A DNA stretch of 64,000 nucleotides from a virus, in the IMG/VR virus record IMGVR_UViG_3300036817_000176, positions 21,947-85,946 of that record. One strand, given 5' to 3'. The position numbers were made by a program, and so were the translations under genes. Shown here in pieces: positions 30,222 through 39,760 of this stretch. The notes below the pieces were generated by a model. The model saw nothing but the letters and a program-made list of their open reading frames with translations. It had not been told where the DNA came from and made no database searches. How positions within the stretch are numbered: the first letter of the stretch is position 1; every line of letters begins with the position of its first letter.

Positions 30222-33200
30222 TGGCTGTATTAGCGAAGATCTCAGCCCGGCAACTCCTGCTGCTGGATCTGAATCTTGAGAAAGTTAACAACTGGGGCGC
30301 CAGTTCGGCGGTCAATGACCCCAGCGACCTCACCTATGCGACTGCAGGAGCAGTCAAAAAGGCCTATGACCTGGCGAAGGCGGCTCTTCCGGCCACGTCC
30401 AATGCGGTATCAGCCAGCAAACTGCTAACGGCGCGCACGATCAGCCTGACCGGTGACGCCACCGGCAACGGGAACTTTGACGGCTCGGCCAACCTGTCTA
30501 TTGCTCTGGATCTGAAGGCCTCCGGCGTGGCCGCGGGGACCTATCGATCCGTCACGGTCGATGCCAGAGGCATAGTGACGGGCGGTACCAACCCGACCAC
30601 GCTGGCGGGCTACGGCATCACCGATGCGCTGGGCATCAAAGACAACGCCGTTTCTGCCAGCAAGCTGGCCACCGCGCGCACGATCGCTCTTACCGGCGAC
30701 GCCACCGGTAACGCCACCTTTGACGGCTCGGCCAACCTGTCCATTGCTCTGACGGCCAAAGATACCGGCGTCGTGGCGGGCACCTACTCATCTGTGACGG
30801 TCGATTCCAAGGGGCGCGTAACGGCAGGGGCCGCGCTTGCCTCCGCCGATCTGCCTGCCTCCGGCGTCACTGCCGGGACCTATCGATCGGTGACGGTCGA
30901 TAGCAAGGGGATTGTGACCGGCGGCACGAACCCGACCACGCTGGCGGGCTATGGCATCACCGATGCGCTGGGCATCAAAGACAACGCCGTTTCTGCCAGC
31001 AAGCTGGCCACCGCACGCACTATTACCTTTACCGGCGATGCTACCGGCAGTGGGACCTTTGACGGTTCGGGTAACCTCTCCATCGCCCTGACTGGCCGCT
31101 CCACTGGCGTTGCGGCGGGTACCTACCGATCGGTGACGGTCGATGTGAGGGGGGACGTTACGGCCGGTTCCAATCCGACCACGCTGGCAGGCTACGGCAT
31201 TACCGACGCGGCGCCGATCGCCCACGTATCAGCTGGTGGTAACGCACACGCTGCAGCCACTACCACGCTGGCAGGCTTTATGTCCGCAGCGGACAAGGCC
31301 AAGCTGGATGGGATCGCCAGCAGCGCCACCAACTACACCCACCCGAGCGGCGACGGCAACTTGCACGTTCCGGCCACTGGCAACAACAACAGCGGCAAGG
31401 TACTACGCGCGGGCGCGACGGCGGGATCCCTGTCGTGGGCCACCCTCACACCGGCCGACGTCGGCGCGTTGCCAGATTCCGGCGGGGGCATTAAGGGCAA
31501 CTTCTGGCGCGAATCAGGCGGTAAGCAGTATGCGCTGACGGCACACCTGGGCTGGACCGCCGAGGCGAAGCCTAACCTTATCCTGCTGGCCAGGAAGTAC
31601 GTCACTACCTTTGTGGCCAAAACCGGCTTTATCGGGCGTATCCTTTTCGATCGCGGCTCCAACACCGCCAACATGCGCACCGACTATGTGGATGTAAACG
31701 TATCGTGCGCCTATCAGACGAACCGTGCGGAGATCCTGTACCGCACCGGCATCTCGCTGGATGATGCCAGGATTGTCGAGGTGACCTACAACAGCGAGGT
31801 GTATTACGCGCTGTATCGTCCGAGCGTGACCACCAGCAACAGCGAGGTGATCGTCGATGGCCATTCATTTGGTGGCGGCCTGCCGCTGCTGATCCCGGAT
31901 GCCACGGCATACACCGTGACCGATGTCGTGACCACTGATAGCCTGTATCACGTCAACAACAAGCCGACTTCTTCCGACGTGGGTCTGGGCAACCTCGATA
32001 ACGCCAGGCAGATGCGCGCGACGCTGACGAACGGCTACTGGGGTCTGACGGATGCCGCCGGGAGCTCGTCGGCCTATATTCGTACCACGTCCTCGGGGAT
32101 CATCCCGTATCAGTCCGGCTCATCGAGCGCGCTCGGTACCAGCACCTGGCAGTTCAACAGCGCCTATGTCAAAACCTTCTATGAAGATGGCGCGTCGCTG
32201 GTGACCAAGTATCTGGGCATCAGTGATAACGCCGTATCGGCGACCAAGCTGGCCACCGCCCGCACGCTGACGATCGGCAACACCGGCAAGACTTTTGACG
32301 GCTCGGCTAACGTGTCCTGGACACTGGACGAACTGGGGGCGCTGCCGATCAAAGGCGGGGCGTTAACCGGCGCTATCAGCCTGCCTGGCGGAAGGTCACT
32401 GAGAATCGTTGCTACGACGACGAACCCGGCGGCGGTCGTGAGCTCTGAAGGTGGCTACGCCATGCTCTGGCGCGACCCGACTGCGGATGAAGCGGCGGCC
32501 GGTAAGTCGATGGAGTTCGTTGGCATCAACCGGTCCAGTCAGCTGATCTTCCGCCAGGATAAGGGGAACGGAGACGGAAAATACAGCGATCAGATCGTGT
32601 ATCACACGGGTAACAAGCCGTCAGCTTCCGACGTGGGCGCACTGCCAGCCGTGGGCGGAAACCCGACGGGTAACGTCTATGTAGACAAGGGCGCTTCCGC
32701 CGAACCGAACATTGGCGTGAAGCGTGATGTTCGCCTCCTGTACCTGTATGACAGCGGTTCGCACCATGGCCTTTACAGCACCGGCCTTTCCGGCAAGGTT
32801 AACGCTTCGCTGATCCGTCGCGTCGTGGCCACCGGCGATATCGATATCGGGTCCACGATGGACGCGGGCGGCGTCGTGACGATGTACGGCGATCCGCGCT
32901 CGGCCGTGGCGCAGGGCACTAACGCCGCCTCACTGGTGCGCAAGGACTACGCCGACGCGCAGTTTGTTTCTGGTACCGGCGGTACCGGCGTCGGCAACAA
33001 CCCACTGCTGGAAACCACCACCGGCGGGGTGAGGGACTTCAACCTGGCCAAGACCAACGGTACCTTCACCGTGGCTAACGGCTGGCTGAACGGTATCTCC
33101 AACGTTGGCGCTACATCAGTAGGCCACTCAGGTATTGTTGAGGTTTTCCAGCGTGCTTTTGATAACCAGACCACACAGGTCTTTACCGGTACGGCATCAG

Positions 33201-34774
33201 TTGACGGCGTTCGTGTCTCTAACTCCTCTTCGCGTACCTGGGTAAGCGCCGCCGAAGACTGGGGTCCCTGGATCAAGTGCGGCATATACGAAAGCGTGAA
33301 CATGTACCGCGCTGGTATTCTGCGCCTTAACGCCGAAGGTGCGAATGGCCCGGATGGCAACTACCCGTTTTACACGCTGACCAAAGAGAAGTTCCGCACC
33401 GATACCACCAGCTATTACGGCATTGGTGAGCTGGGCTTCAGGGTAAATGCCGCCAACCGCTACGATCCCCACACGGCAGATCTAATGGTGAGAGTGACCG
33501 CGCAGGTCAAGCCAAGTGGCGACGAGCATGACGGTCGTATGTATCTGGCCGCACGCCGCCGTGACGCGGCCGGTGGTATAGCTGATGTCAGCGTTCTGGC
33601 ACTGGACAGGGATTCCGGCGCGGTATTCACGCACAGCTCGAAAAGCGTCTCGATCAAGGCGGGTGTGATTAATGCGATCGATGCGTATTTAACAGGCTCA
33701 CTGACGCTGGGCGGAAAGCTCCAGCATTCCCTGTATCCCGGCGCGAATAAACAGTTGCTGAACGTCAATACCAACGGTCAGGTTTACCTGGGCAACCCGG
33801 AAGCCGCCAGCGTTGACATTGAAACCGTGGACGGGATGGCGCGCGTGAAAGTGGCCGGTGGGACGGGTTATCGTATCTACCATGAAAACTTCAAACCCAC
33901 AGCATCCGACGTGGGCGCCGCACCGGATGGGTATGGTCTGGGCGGCTACGGCAAAATCATTTCCACCGTTACAGGGAATACCGATCTGCGTCGGCAGTCC
34001 GGCTTCTTCCAGGGTTCCAACGTAAACGGACTCCCGGTAGGGAATGCCTGGGCCTACGTGTTTTCGCAGGCGCATAACAACACTAATGGCTATTTCGGCT
34101 ACCTGGCGATCAACTTCAACGGATCTTCGGCGTGGATTGGGGGGCAGGAGGCAGGCAACCAGAAAGGACCTTTCGCGGTCGTTCTGGATAACAGCCCCAA
34201 CACCTATAACTCGATCAAGATGAGCAACTGGTTCCGCTCCACGGGCGATACCGGCTGGTTCAACGAGACATACGGCGGCGGTTTTCATATGACCGACTCG
34301 CTGTATGTCCGCGTTTATAACAATAAGCGAATACATGTACCAAGCACCGCTGATGACGCGATAAACGTAGCGGGTGGCATCTGGATGGGTGGCCTGCTGC
34401 AGGCGGCCAATATGAGACTGGCTGGTGCTGCGTGGATAAATGGCGGCCAGCCGGTTGAGGATAACGCACTCACCCGTAAAGACTACGTGGATAACAAAAC
34501 GTGGGCCGCCTGGCAGGGCAACCAGGACGTTATCACTGGCGGCTGGGCGCAGGTTGGCTCGTATCTCATGTGTGCGGTTCACACTAACGCCGGTATCCCG
34601 GGTTTAAACAACCTGATTTCTGGCGCGTATCTGGTCCCGTCTGGTGCGGGTAAGAAAAGCTATGAAGGCAGCGGCTCTATCCCCGGCACATGGCGACAGA
34701 TGGGGGCGCTGGGTTCCGCCAACACCGACTCCGAGTGGGATGACCGTACAACTCTCTTCTTCCGCGTAGCGTAG
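30221..34774 (+). CDS. Long distal tail fibre
   Basis: ATAGAVKKAYDLA, TTLAGYGITDA repeats, YHxxNKP..SDVG joints; TAATG coupling with GGAGG RBS. Confidence 0.93.
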   Translation: MAVLAKISARQLLLLDLNLEKVNNWGASSAVNDPSDLTYATAGAVKKAYDLAKAALPATSNAVSASKLLTARTISLTGDATGNGNFDGSANLSIALDLKASGVAAGTYRSVTVDARGIVTGGTNPTTLAGYGITDALGIKDNAVSASKLATARTIALTGDATGNATFDGSANLSIALTAKDTGVVAGTYSSVTVDSKGRVTAGAALASADLPASGVTAGTYRSVTVDSKGIVTGGTNPTTLAGYGITDALGIKDNAVSASKLATARTITFTGDATGSGTFDGSGNLSIALTGRSTGVAAGTYRSVTVDVRGDVTAGSNPTTLAGYGITDAAPIAHVSAGGNAHAAATTTLAGFMSAADKAKLDGIASSATNYTHPSGDGNLHVPATGNNNSGKVLRAGATAGSLSWATLTPADVGALPDSGGGIKGNFWRESGGKQYALTAHLGWTAEAKPNLILLARKYVTTFVAKTGFIGRILFDRGSNTANMRTDYVDVNVSCAYQTNRAEILYRTGISLDDARIVEVTYNSEVYYALYRPSVTTSNSEVIVDGHSFGGGLPLLIPDATAYTVTDVVTTDSLYHVNNKPTSSDVGLGNLDNARQMRATLTNGYWGLTDAAGSSSAYIRTTSSGIIPYQSGSSSALGTSTWQFNSAYVKTFYEDGASLVTKYLGISDNAVSATKLATARTLTIGNTGKTFDGSANVSWTLDELGALPIKGGALTGAISLPGGRSLRIVATTTNPAAVVSSEGGYAMLWRDPTADEAAAGKSMEFVGINRSSQLIFRQDKGNGDGKYSDQIVYHTGNKPSASDVGALPAVGGNPTGNVYVDKGASAEPNIGVKRDVRLLYLYDSGSHHGLYSTGLSGKVNASLIRRVVATGDIDIGSTMDAGGVVTMYGDPRSAVAQGTNAASLVRKDYADAQFVSGTGGTGVGNNPLLETTTGGVRDFNLAKTNGTFTVANGWLNGISNVGATSVGHSGIVEVFQRAFDNQTTQVFTGTASVDGVRVSNSSSRTWVSAAEDWGPWIKCGIYESVNMYRAGILRLNAEGANGPDGNYPFYTLTKEKFRTDTTSYYGIGELGFRVNAANRYDPHTADLMVRVTAQVKPSGDEHDGRMYLAARRRDAAGGIADVSVLALDRDSGAVFTHSSKSVSIKAGVINAIDAYLTGSLTLGGKLQHSLYPGANKQLLNVNTNGQVYLGNPEAASVDIETVDGMARVKVAGGTGYRIYHENFKPTASDVGAAPDGYGLGGYGKIISTVTGNTDLRRQSGFFQGSNVNGLPVGNAWAYVFSQAHNNTNGYFGYLAINFNGSSAWIGGQEAGNQKGPFAVVLDNSPNTYNSIKMSNWFRSTGDTGWFNETYGGGFHMTDSLYVRVYNNKRIHVPSTADDAINVAGGIWMGGLLQAANMRLAGAAWINGGQPVEDNALTRKDYVDNKTWAAWQGNQDVITGGWAQVGSYLMCAVHTNAGIPGLNNLISGAYLVPSGAGKKSYEGSGSIPGTWRQMGALGSANTDSEWDDRTTLFFRVA
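30400..31210 (+). repeat. Intragenic fibre repeats (3 copies; near-identical ~85 bp segments at 30591 and 30930)
   Basis: NAVSASKL.TART...GTYRSVTVD...NPTTLAGYGITDA. Confidence 0.9.
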
Positions 34775-34784
34775 GGCGCTGATA

Positions 34785-35249
34785 ATGAAATATTCATCTG
34801 TTAAAGATTTACAGTGGGGCAACGCCGAGCGCACCACGATCCTGATGACGGTTAACTTCGACCTTATCGGTGAAGCGCCGTTTACCGCCTCCGCCACGGA
34901 TACGGCAGAGCATGGCGTCCAGCTCTTTAAGGACGCCGTGGCGGGAAAATTTGGCCCGATTGCCGCCTGGGTCGATGACCGCGACTACTACGGTGCCTGG
35001 AAAGCCGAAAGGGCGGAAAAGGTGGCGGCGATCGTCGTCGAAGTGGACGGTATGCTGTTTGACGGTGATGAAAACTCCCAGAACCGCATGGGACGTGCGG
35101 TGGCCATCGCCGACAGTCTGGAAGATAAAGTGTCGTGGACGCTGGCGGATAATACCGTGGCGCAGGTGACAGTGGCCCAGCTCAAGCAGGCGCTGGTGCT
35201 GGCAAGCCTCGAACAGACCCGGATCTGGAACGAAGAGCGACCGGAGTAG
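34785..35249 (+). CDS. Tail fibre assembly protein (DUF4376-like)
   Basis: PFTASATD..EHG, FDGDENSQNRM and WTLADN motifs. Confidence 0.85.
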   Translation: MKYSSVKDLQWGNAERTTILMTVNFDLIGEAPFTASATDTAEHGVQLFKDAVAGKFGPIAAWVDDRDYYGAWKAERAEKVAAIVVEVDGMLFDGDENSQNRMGRAVAIADSLEDKVSWTLADNTVAQVTVAQLKQALVLASLEQTRIWNEERPE

Positions 35250-35256
35250 TAATGAC

Positions 35257-35281
35257 AAAGGCCCCAAAAGGGGCCTTTTTT
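35257..35281 (+). terminator. Intrinsic terminator
   Basis: AAAGGCCCC-AAAA-GGGGCCTTT-TTT. Confidence 0.85.
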
Positions 35282-35321
35282 ATGACATCCTAACGCCAAA
35301 CCAAAGAGAAGGAGTCTATGA

Positions 35322-35924
35322 ATGTCAGAGTTTGACTGGACTGCCCCGAATGCAAGGAATTTTAAGCTGTGCTTTGCCGCTGGGTCAGGTATGGATACGG
35401 CGCTGGAAATTGGCGCCGGGGAAGGGCATAACACGGCCATGCTGGCGGGCCGGTTCGGCTCGGTTATGGTGGTGGACTCGCAGGTAAGCCCGGCGCTTCA
35501 CCAGGTGGCGACAGCGCACCGCAATATCACTCTGTTGAAGGGTCTGCTGGTGGAGCGTATCGCGGCCTGTTCCCGCTCCCTGCTGTTTGACTTCATCTAC
35601 GTGAACGGCGCCAGTATCGCCCAGGACGTGCTGTTGGATCTGACGCTGGCATGGAGCCGCCTGAAGCCGGGCGGGGTGATGCTGATTGACGATTACGATC
35701 GCCAGAATGACGCCAGCACACGTCTGGACCCGCTCATGCTGGCCGCCTTAACGCAGGAGCGGCGCTGGGATCTGTTTTCACCCCGGGCAGCGGTAGACAG
35801 CTTTATCCGGGTCAACGCGGAAGCTGAACCGCTGTTCATCGGCTATCAGGTTGTACTACGCCGCCGGTTCGATATCCGCACTCACCTCACCCCCGTGGAG
35901 CCTTCTGTCAGCCTGCAGGAGTAA
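35322..35924 (+). CDS. Class I SAM-dependent methyltransferase (Methyltransf_24-like)
   Basis: LEIGAGEG, FDFIYVNG and LKPGGVMLIDDY motifs. Confidence 0.82.
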   Translation: MSEFDWTAPNARNFKLCFAAGSGMDTALEIGAGEGHNTAMLAGRFGSVMVVDSQVSPALHQVATAHRNITLLKGLLVERIAACSRSLLFDFIYVNGASIAQDVLLDLTLAWSRLKPGGVMLIDDYDRQNDASTRLDPLMLAALTQERRWDLFSPRAAVDSFIRVNAEAEPLFIGYQVVLRRRFDIRTHLTPVEPSVSLQE

Positions 35925-36046
35925 CCGGATTTTCATCCAATAGAGCCAATCCGCAAAAACAGGGCCGGGACGGTTACAATATTAACATCCTAACCCCGTA
36001 TCAGATTGCTGATAGTGGAGGTCAGGTGTTAACGACGGGAGGGAGT

Positions 36047-36358
36047 ATGGCCTTTGAGATCTGGCTGGTGGTGCTGGTTTCAGTGCTGGCGCTGCTGGGC
36101 GGTATTGTCTCGTATCTGAAGGGGCGACTATCCAGGCGGCTTAGCGGCAGCGGGATGGAGCTTGCGGTAGAGCTGATTACCGCCGCCCTGGCAGGCTGGA
36201 GCATGTATTTCCTCGGGGTATGGCAACGCTGGCCAGAGCCGCTGGTGTGCCTGATGGTGATCGCCTCCACCCATAACGGGGCGGCGGTGATCGGCCTGCT
36301 GGCAGCGAGTCTGGTCCGCTTTTTGAAATCGGCTGGCCAGCCTACGGAGGAGGGATAA
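36047..36358 (+). CDS. lydA: Holin, LydA-like
   Basis: About 3 TM helices; first gene of the dar operon; GGGAG RBS. Confidence 0.75.
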   Translation: MAFEIWLVVLVSVLALLGGIVSYLKGRLSRRLSGSGMELAVELITAALAGWSMYFLGVWQRWPEPLVCLMVIASTHNGAAVIGLLAASLVRFLKSAGQPTEEG

Positions 36359-36574
36359 ATGGAAGGATTGCTCTTGTCGCTGCAGGTGGCGGCAACGGTA
36401 CTGACGGCCGGGGTGAGTGACCGGTATTTCAGTCTGCGGGGCCGTGTCTCTCACACGGCCCCGGAGCACGCCTTTTTGCCCGGTTCGCGTCCTCACTACC
36501 TGATTTTCCTCCCGGTCCGTGCGATCGGCCTGCGTTTCTTCTTCCCGCTCACCGCCACCCACACCCGAAGGTAA
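36359..36574 (+). CDS. Short ORF at the lydB position (possibly a truncated antiholin)
   Basis: Hydrophobic N-terminus then DRYF; starts immediately after the lydA stop; contains an 11-bp hairpin at 36437-36463. Confidence 0.4.
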   Translation: MEGLLLSLQVAATVLTAGVSDRYFSLRGRVSHTAPEHAFLPGSRPHYLIFLPVRAIGLRFFFPLTATHTRR

Positions 36575-36581
36575 CCCATTC

Positions 36582-37217
36582 ATGACGCAAAAAGACGAAC
36601 GTTACAGTCAGAACAAGGCTGAGTATTTCACCCTCGACTTTGACAACGTGACCGAAAAAGGCCTCAAGAAGCTGATCACCAGCTTCAAAAAAGCCGGACA
36701 GACTGTCGCTGCAGTGGAAGCAACGAACCGCACGATCACTAAAGACCGCATGGCAACCAAAAAGGCGCTGCTGCGCTTTGAGGGTGGCCAGTCCATCACT
36801 ATCACTCTGGGCGATCACGGTGACGTTATCGAAACCAAACTGAACGCCACCATTGTGCCGGTGCAGGCGCTGAAAACCATGGACGCCTACGCCAAAGAGG
36901 TGGCGGCGAAAGTGGTGGCCAACCAGTCCCGCTGGGATAACAGCCTCGCGCGTAAAGCCATCAAGAAGGTGGACACCGACGCCTCGAAGAAAAAGCCCGC
37001 CGGTAGGACCATTCAGGCCCGCATGATCGAGGCCAAAAACGCCAACGCCAGCGCCCGCACCAACGTGGCCACCCTGACCACACGGATCCACGAGCTGCAG
37101 ACCTCCAGCGCCAGCCGCACCAGCGAACTGGACGGCCTGCGCAAAAAGCTCGAGCTGGAGCGCACCACCACCAACGAACTCATTCAGCAAATCGAAGCCC
37201 TGGGAGGCGAAGCATGA
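36582..37217 (+). CDS. hdf: Hdf (DarA N-domain homolog)
   Basis: LDFDNVTEKGLKKLI...GDVIETKLN; coiled-coil C-terminus. Confidence 0.85.
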   Translation: MTQKDERYSQNKAEYFTLDFDNVTEKGLKKLITSFKKAGQTVAAVEATNRTITKDRMATKKALLRFEGGQSITITLGDHGDVIETKLNATIVPVQALKTMDAYAKEVAAKVVANQSRWDNSLARKAIKKVDTDASKKKPAGRTIQARMIEAKNANASARTNVATLTTRIHELQTSSASRTSELDGLRKKLELERTTTNELIQQIEALGGEA

Positions 37218-39760
37218 TTTACGCACGACACAACGGCGTGCGGGTGGCCAACGTGATTGACCACACCGCCAAACGACTGACACGCGAGCAGTACCTCGAC
37301 GCGCTCGGCATCGACACCATGATGCTGGAACCGACGACGCTCGAGGAGATCATCGCCACGCACCTGTTTGATCTGCCGGGGCAGGGTGAAACCGCCTTCA
37401 CCGATGCGATCGTGACCACGCGCAACCGCATTGACCGCACCATGATGGGCTTCATCCGTGCGCTGAACGGCTCCCTGACGGGTACCGACATTGCCGCCAG
37501 CGATGCCCTGATTGGCGACCCACGCCGTTCCGGTGACATCGCCGTGATTGCCGCGGAAATCCCGCTGTCCGATGGCCAGTCGATTTTTGTGATTTTCCAT
37601 AGCCCGAGCAACGACCCGAGCAAAATCACCGGTACCGACACGCTGGTGGCTTTCCGCTTCCTGCTGAACAAGCGCGACGTGACCCACGTTGTTGCCCCGA
37701 ACAAGGGCCGCGACATTTCGCTCAAGCAAACCACCCTGTCACTGTCGAATCTCGTGGAACGCAACAGCGCCAAATTTGCCAGCAAACAGGCCGACAACAA
37801 GGCGAAGGCCGAAGAACTGGCCGCGCTGGAAGCGGACACCGAGCAGCAGATGAAAGAGGCCGACCAGCTCACTGAGCAGGCCGACACCCTGGCTAACTCG
37901 CGTAATGCGACCGATGCCGAAGTGGGTAAAGTGGCATCACAACTGAATCGCCAGGTAGAGCGCAACGACGAGCTACGCAAAACGCTGGCCGGGCTACAGG
38001 CGAAGAAAGAGGCATCAAAGCCAGCCCCGATCCCGGTACCAAAACCTGAGCCAGTACCGACCCCGGAACCAACGCCAGAACCTGAACCGGCACCTGAGCC
38101 AACACCGACCGGCAAGCACGCCGAGAAGCTGGGCATGATCACCCCTGACACCCTCCCGGGCACCGGCAGCACGCTCGGCCAGTTCACCGTTGTGAAGGCC
38201 AGCGCCCGCGTGATTGACGTGAACGGCGCCAAAGGGAATGAACGTTACACCTGGGATGGCACCGGCTATAAGCGCCGTGATATGTACCTGATGGCTGACG
38301 GCAGCACCCTCGATGCGTTAAAGGCGCGGGGAAAAATCCGCGCAGCGGAAAACACGCCGGAAGACGGCCTGCGCTACGTTAAGCAGCAGCTGATGATCAA
38401 TGGTACCCACACTCTGACGAACGGCGCGGTGATTGCCTACCGCACGGTGGACGTGAACGGCGAGCTGGTGGGCCAGGTCACCATTACCGAGCAGAACGGC
38501 GACCTGTACCGCATTGATTCGGCCAGTTCCCAGGGTGGCGCCATGGGTGATGCTGCAGGCAAGCTCTATACCGCGTACCGTGACGACAAAGCGGATCGTT
38601 ACTGGGTCGAAGTGGAGTCGGACGAGGACCGAGAAGCCCGTGAAAAGGCCGAGCTGATTGCCCTGCAGAGGACCGCCCTGAAACCGTTTGAGGGGAGCTA
38701 CGGCAAGGGCTGGAAAGGGACCCCGGACGAGATTGGTGATGACAGACCGGTTATTTTCATTTCAACGCCGCCCCTCCCGGGCGAAGACGAGCACGACGGT
38801 TATATCGTCGTGGCCAACGTGAGTGATGACAACAAGCTGACCGGCACATTCCGCGTGATTTACGGCAGTGACGGCGGCCCGATCACCGGCGGTACCGAGG
38901 TGACCAGCAAGGATGAAGCCAAAGAGGTGGCCTACCGGGAATACCAGCGCGAGCTCGAGGAAAAGCTCGAGCGCAACACCCCGAATCCGACGCCTGAGCC
39001 AGTTCCCGAGCCAGCCCCGGAAGCGGCGCTTTACTGGTACGGCCTGCGCATTCGTCCGTTCTCCCCGTCAAACCAGCCAGAAGGTCACACCGCCTATATC
39101 GCCCCGGAAGATGTGGCGACCGATCCGCGCGTATCCGGGCTTATCCGCGATCGCAACGAGCGCGACATGCGTTACGGGCTGGTGGGCTACGCCGAGCCGC
39201 TGACCGCTGAAGCGGTTGATCACTACAACCTCACCGATATGTCCGCCACGTCATGGAATGAGCGCACCCGTGCCGAGTCGCTGGCCCGCGTGGATGAGCT
39301 GGTGGAGCAGATGGTGCAGGGCGATGAATCGCCGGAGGCTATCTGGGATCTGCTGTTCAAACCGAATGGCGACCTGATCAAGAACAACCCGTTCTTTGCG
39401 GATGGAAAATACCAGACCAACCAACTCACAACCGCACTGCAGGAGGCCGGTTATTCCGGCAGCGTGAAAGCCATGGTTAACGCCCTTATCGACAAAGCCA
39501 CCAGCAAGAACAAGCCCGAACCGGCCCCGGAGCCTGAACCAACCCCGGGCAACCAGTGGGATGAAACTGACCCGGCAATTCTGGCGATCCTCGAGCAGCT
39601 GGAGGCACTGCGCACCGGCGAAACGGATTACAACACCTACCTGGAGAAGATGGGCGGCCTGATTGAGCAGCTGGAAAAAGCGGGCGCGGTCGAGAAGCAC
39701 GAGCCGTATCTGCATACCGTTGCCGATCGCCTGACTGAACTGATGGAGGAGGCTGTCTGA
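37214..39760 (+). CDS. darA: Defence-against-restriction protein DarA (extended, 848 aa)
   Basis: IPLSDGQSIFVIFHSP...AFRFLLNKRDVTHVVAP; C-terminal domain YGLRIRP...RYG. Confidence 0.92.
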   Translation: MIYARHNGVRVANVIDHTAKRLTREQYLDALGIDTMMLEPTTLEEIIATHLFDLPGQGETAFTDAIVTTRNRIDRTMMGFIRALNGSLTGTDIAASDALIGDPRRSGDIAVIAAEIPLSDGQSIFVIFHSPSNDPSKITGTDTLVAFRFLLNKRDVTHVVAPNKGRDISLKQTTLSLSNLVERNSAKFASKQADNKAKAEELAALEADTEQQMKEADQLTEQADTLANSRNATDAEVGKVASQLNRQVERNDELRKTLAGLQAKKEASKPAPIPVPKPEPVPTPEPTPEPEPAPEPTPTGKHAEKLGMITPDTLPGTGSTLGQFTVVKASARVIDVNGAKGNERYTWDGTGYKRRDMYLMADGSTLDALKARGKIRAAENTPEDGLRYVKQQLMINGTHTLTNGAVIAYRTVDVNGELVGQVTITEQNGDLYRIDSASSQGGAMGDAAGKLYTAYRDDKADRYWVEVESDEDREAREKAELIALQRTALKPFEGSYGKGWKGTPDEIGDDRPVIFISTPPLPGEDEHDGYIVVANVSDDNKLTGTFRVIYGSDGGPITGGTEVTSKDEAKEVAYREYQRELEEKLERNTPNPTPEPVPEPAPEAALYWYGLRIRPFSPSNQPEGHTAYIAPEDVATDPRVSGLIRDRNERDMRYGLVGYAEPLTAEAVDHYNLTDMSATSWNERTRAESLARVDELVEQMVQGDESPEAIWDLLFKPNGDLIKNNPFFADGKYQTNQLTTALQEAGYSGSVKAMVNALIDKATSKNKPEPAPEPEPTPGNQWDETDPAILAILEQLEALRTGETDYNTYLEKMGGLIEQLEKAGAVEKHEPYLHTVADRLTELMEEAV

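Noticed and set aside
30221-35249. Diversity-generating retroelement or shufflon at the tail fibre
   Set aside because: No reverse transcriptase, template repeat, invertase or inverted cassette seen
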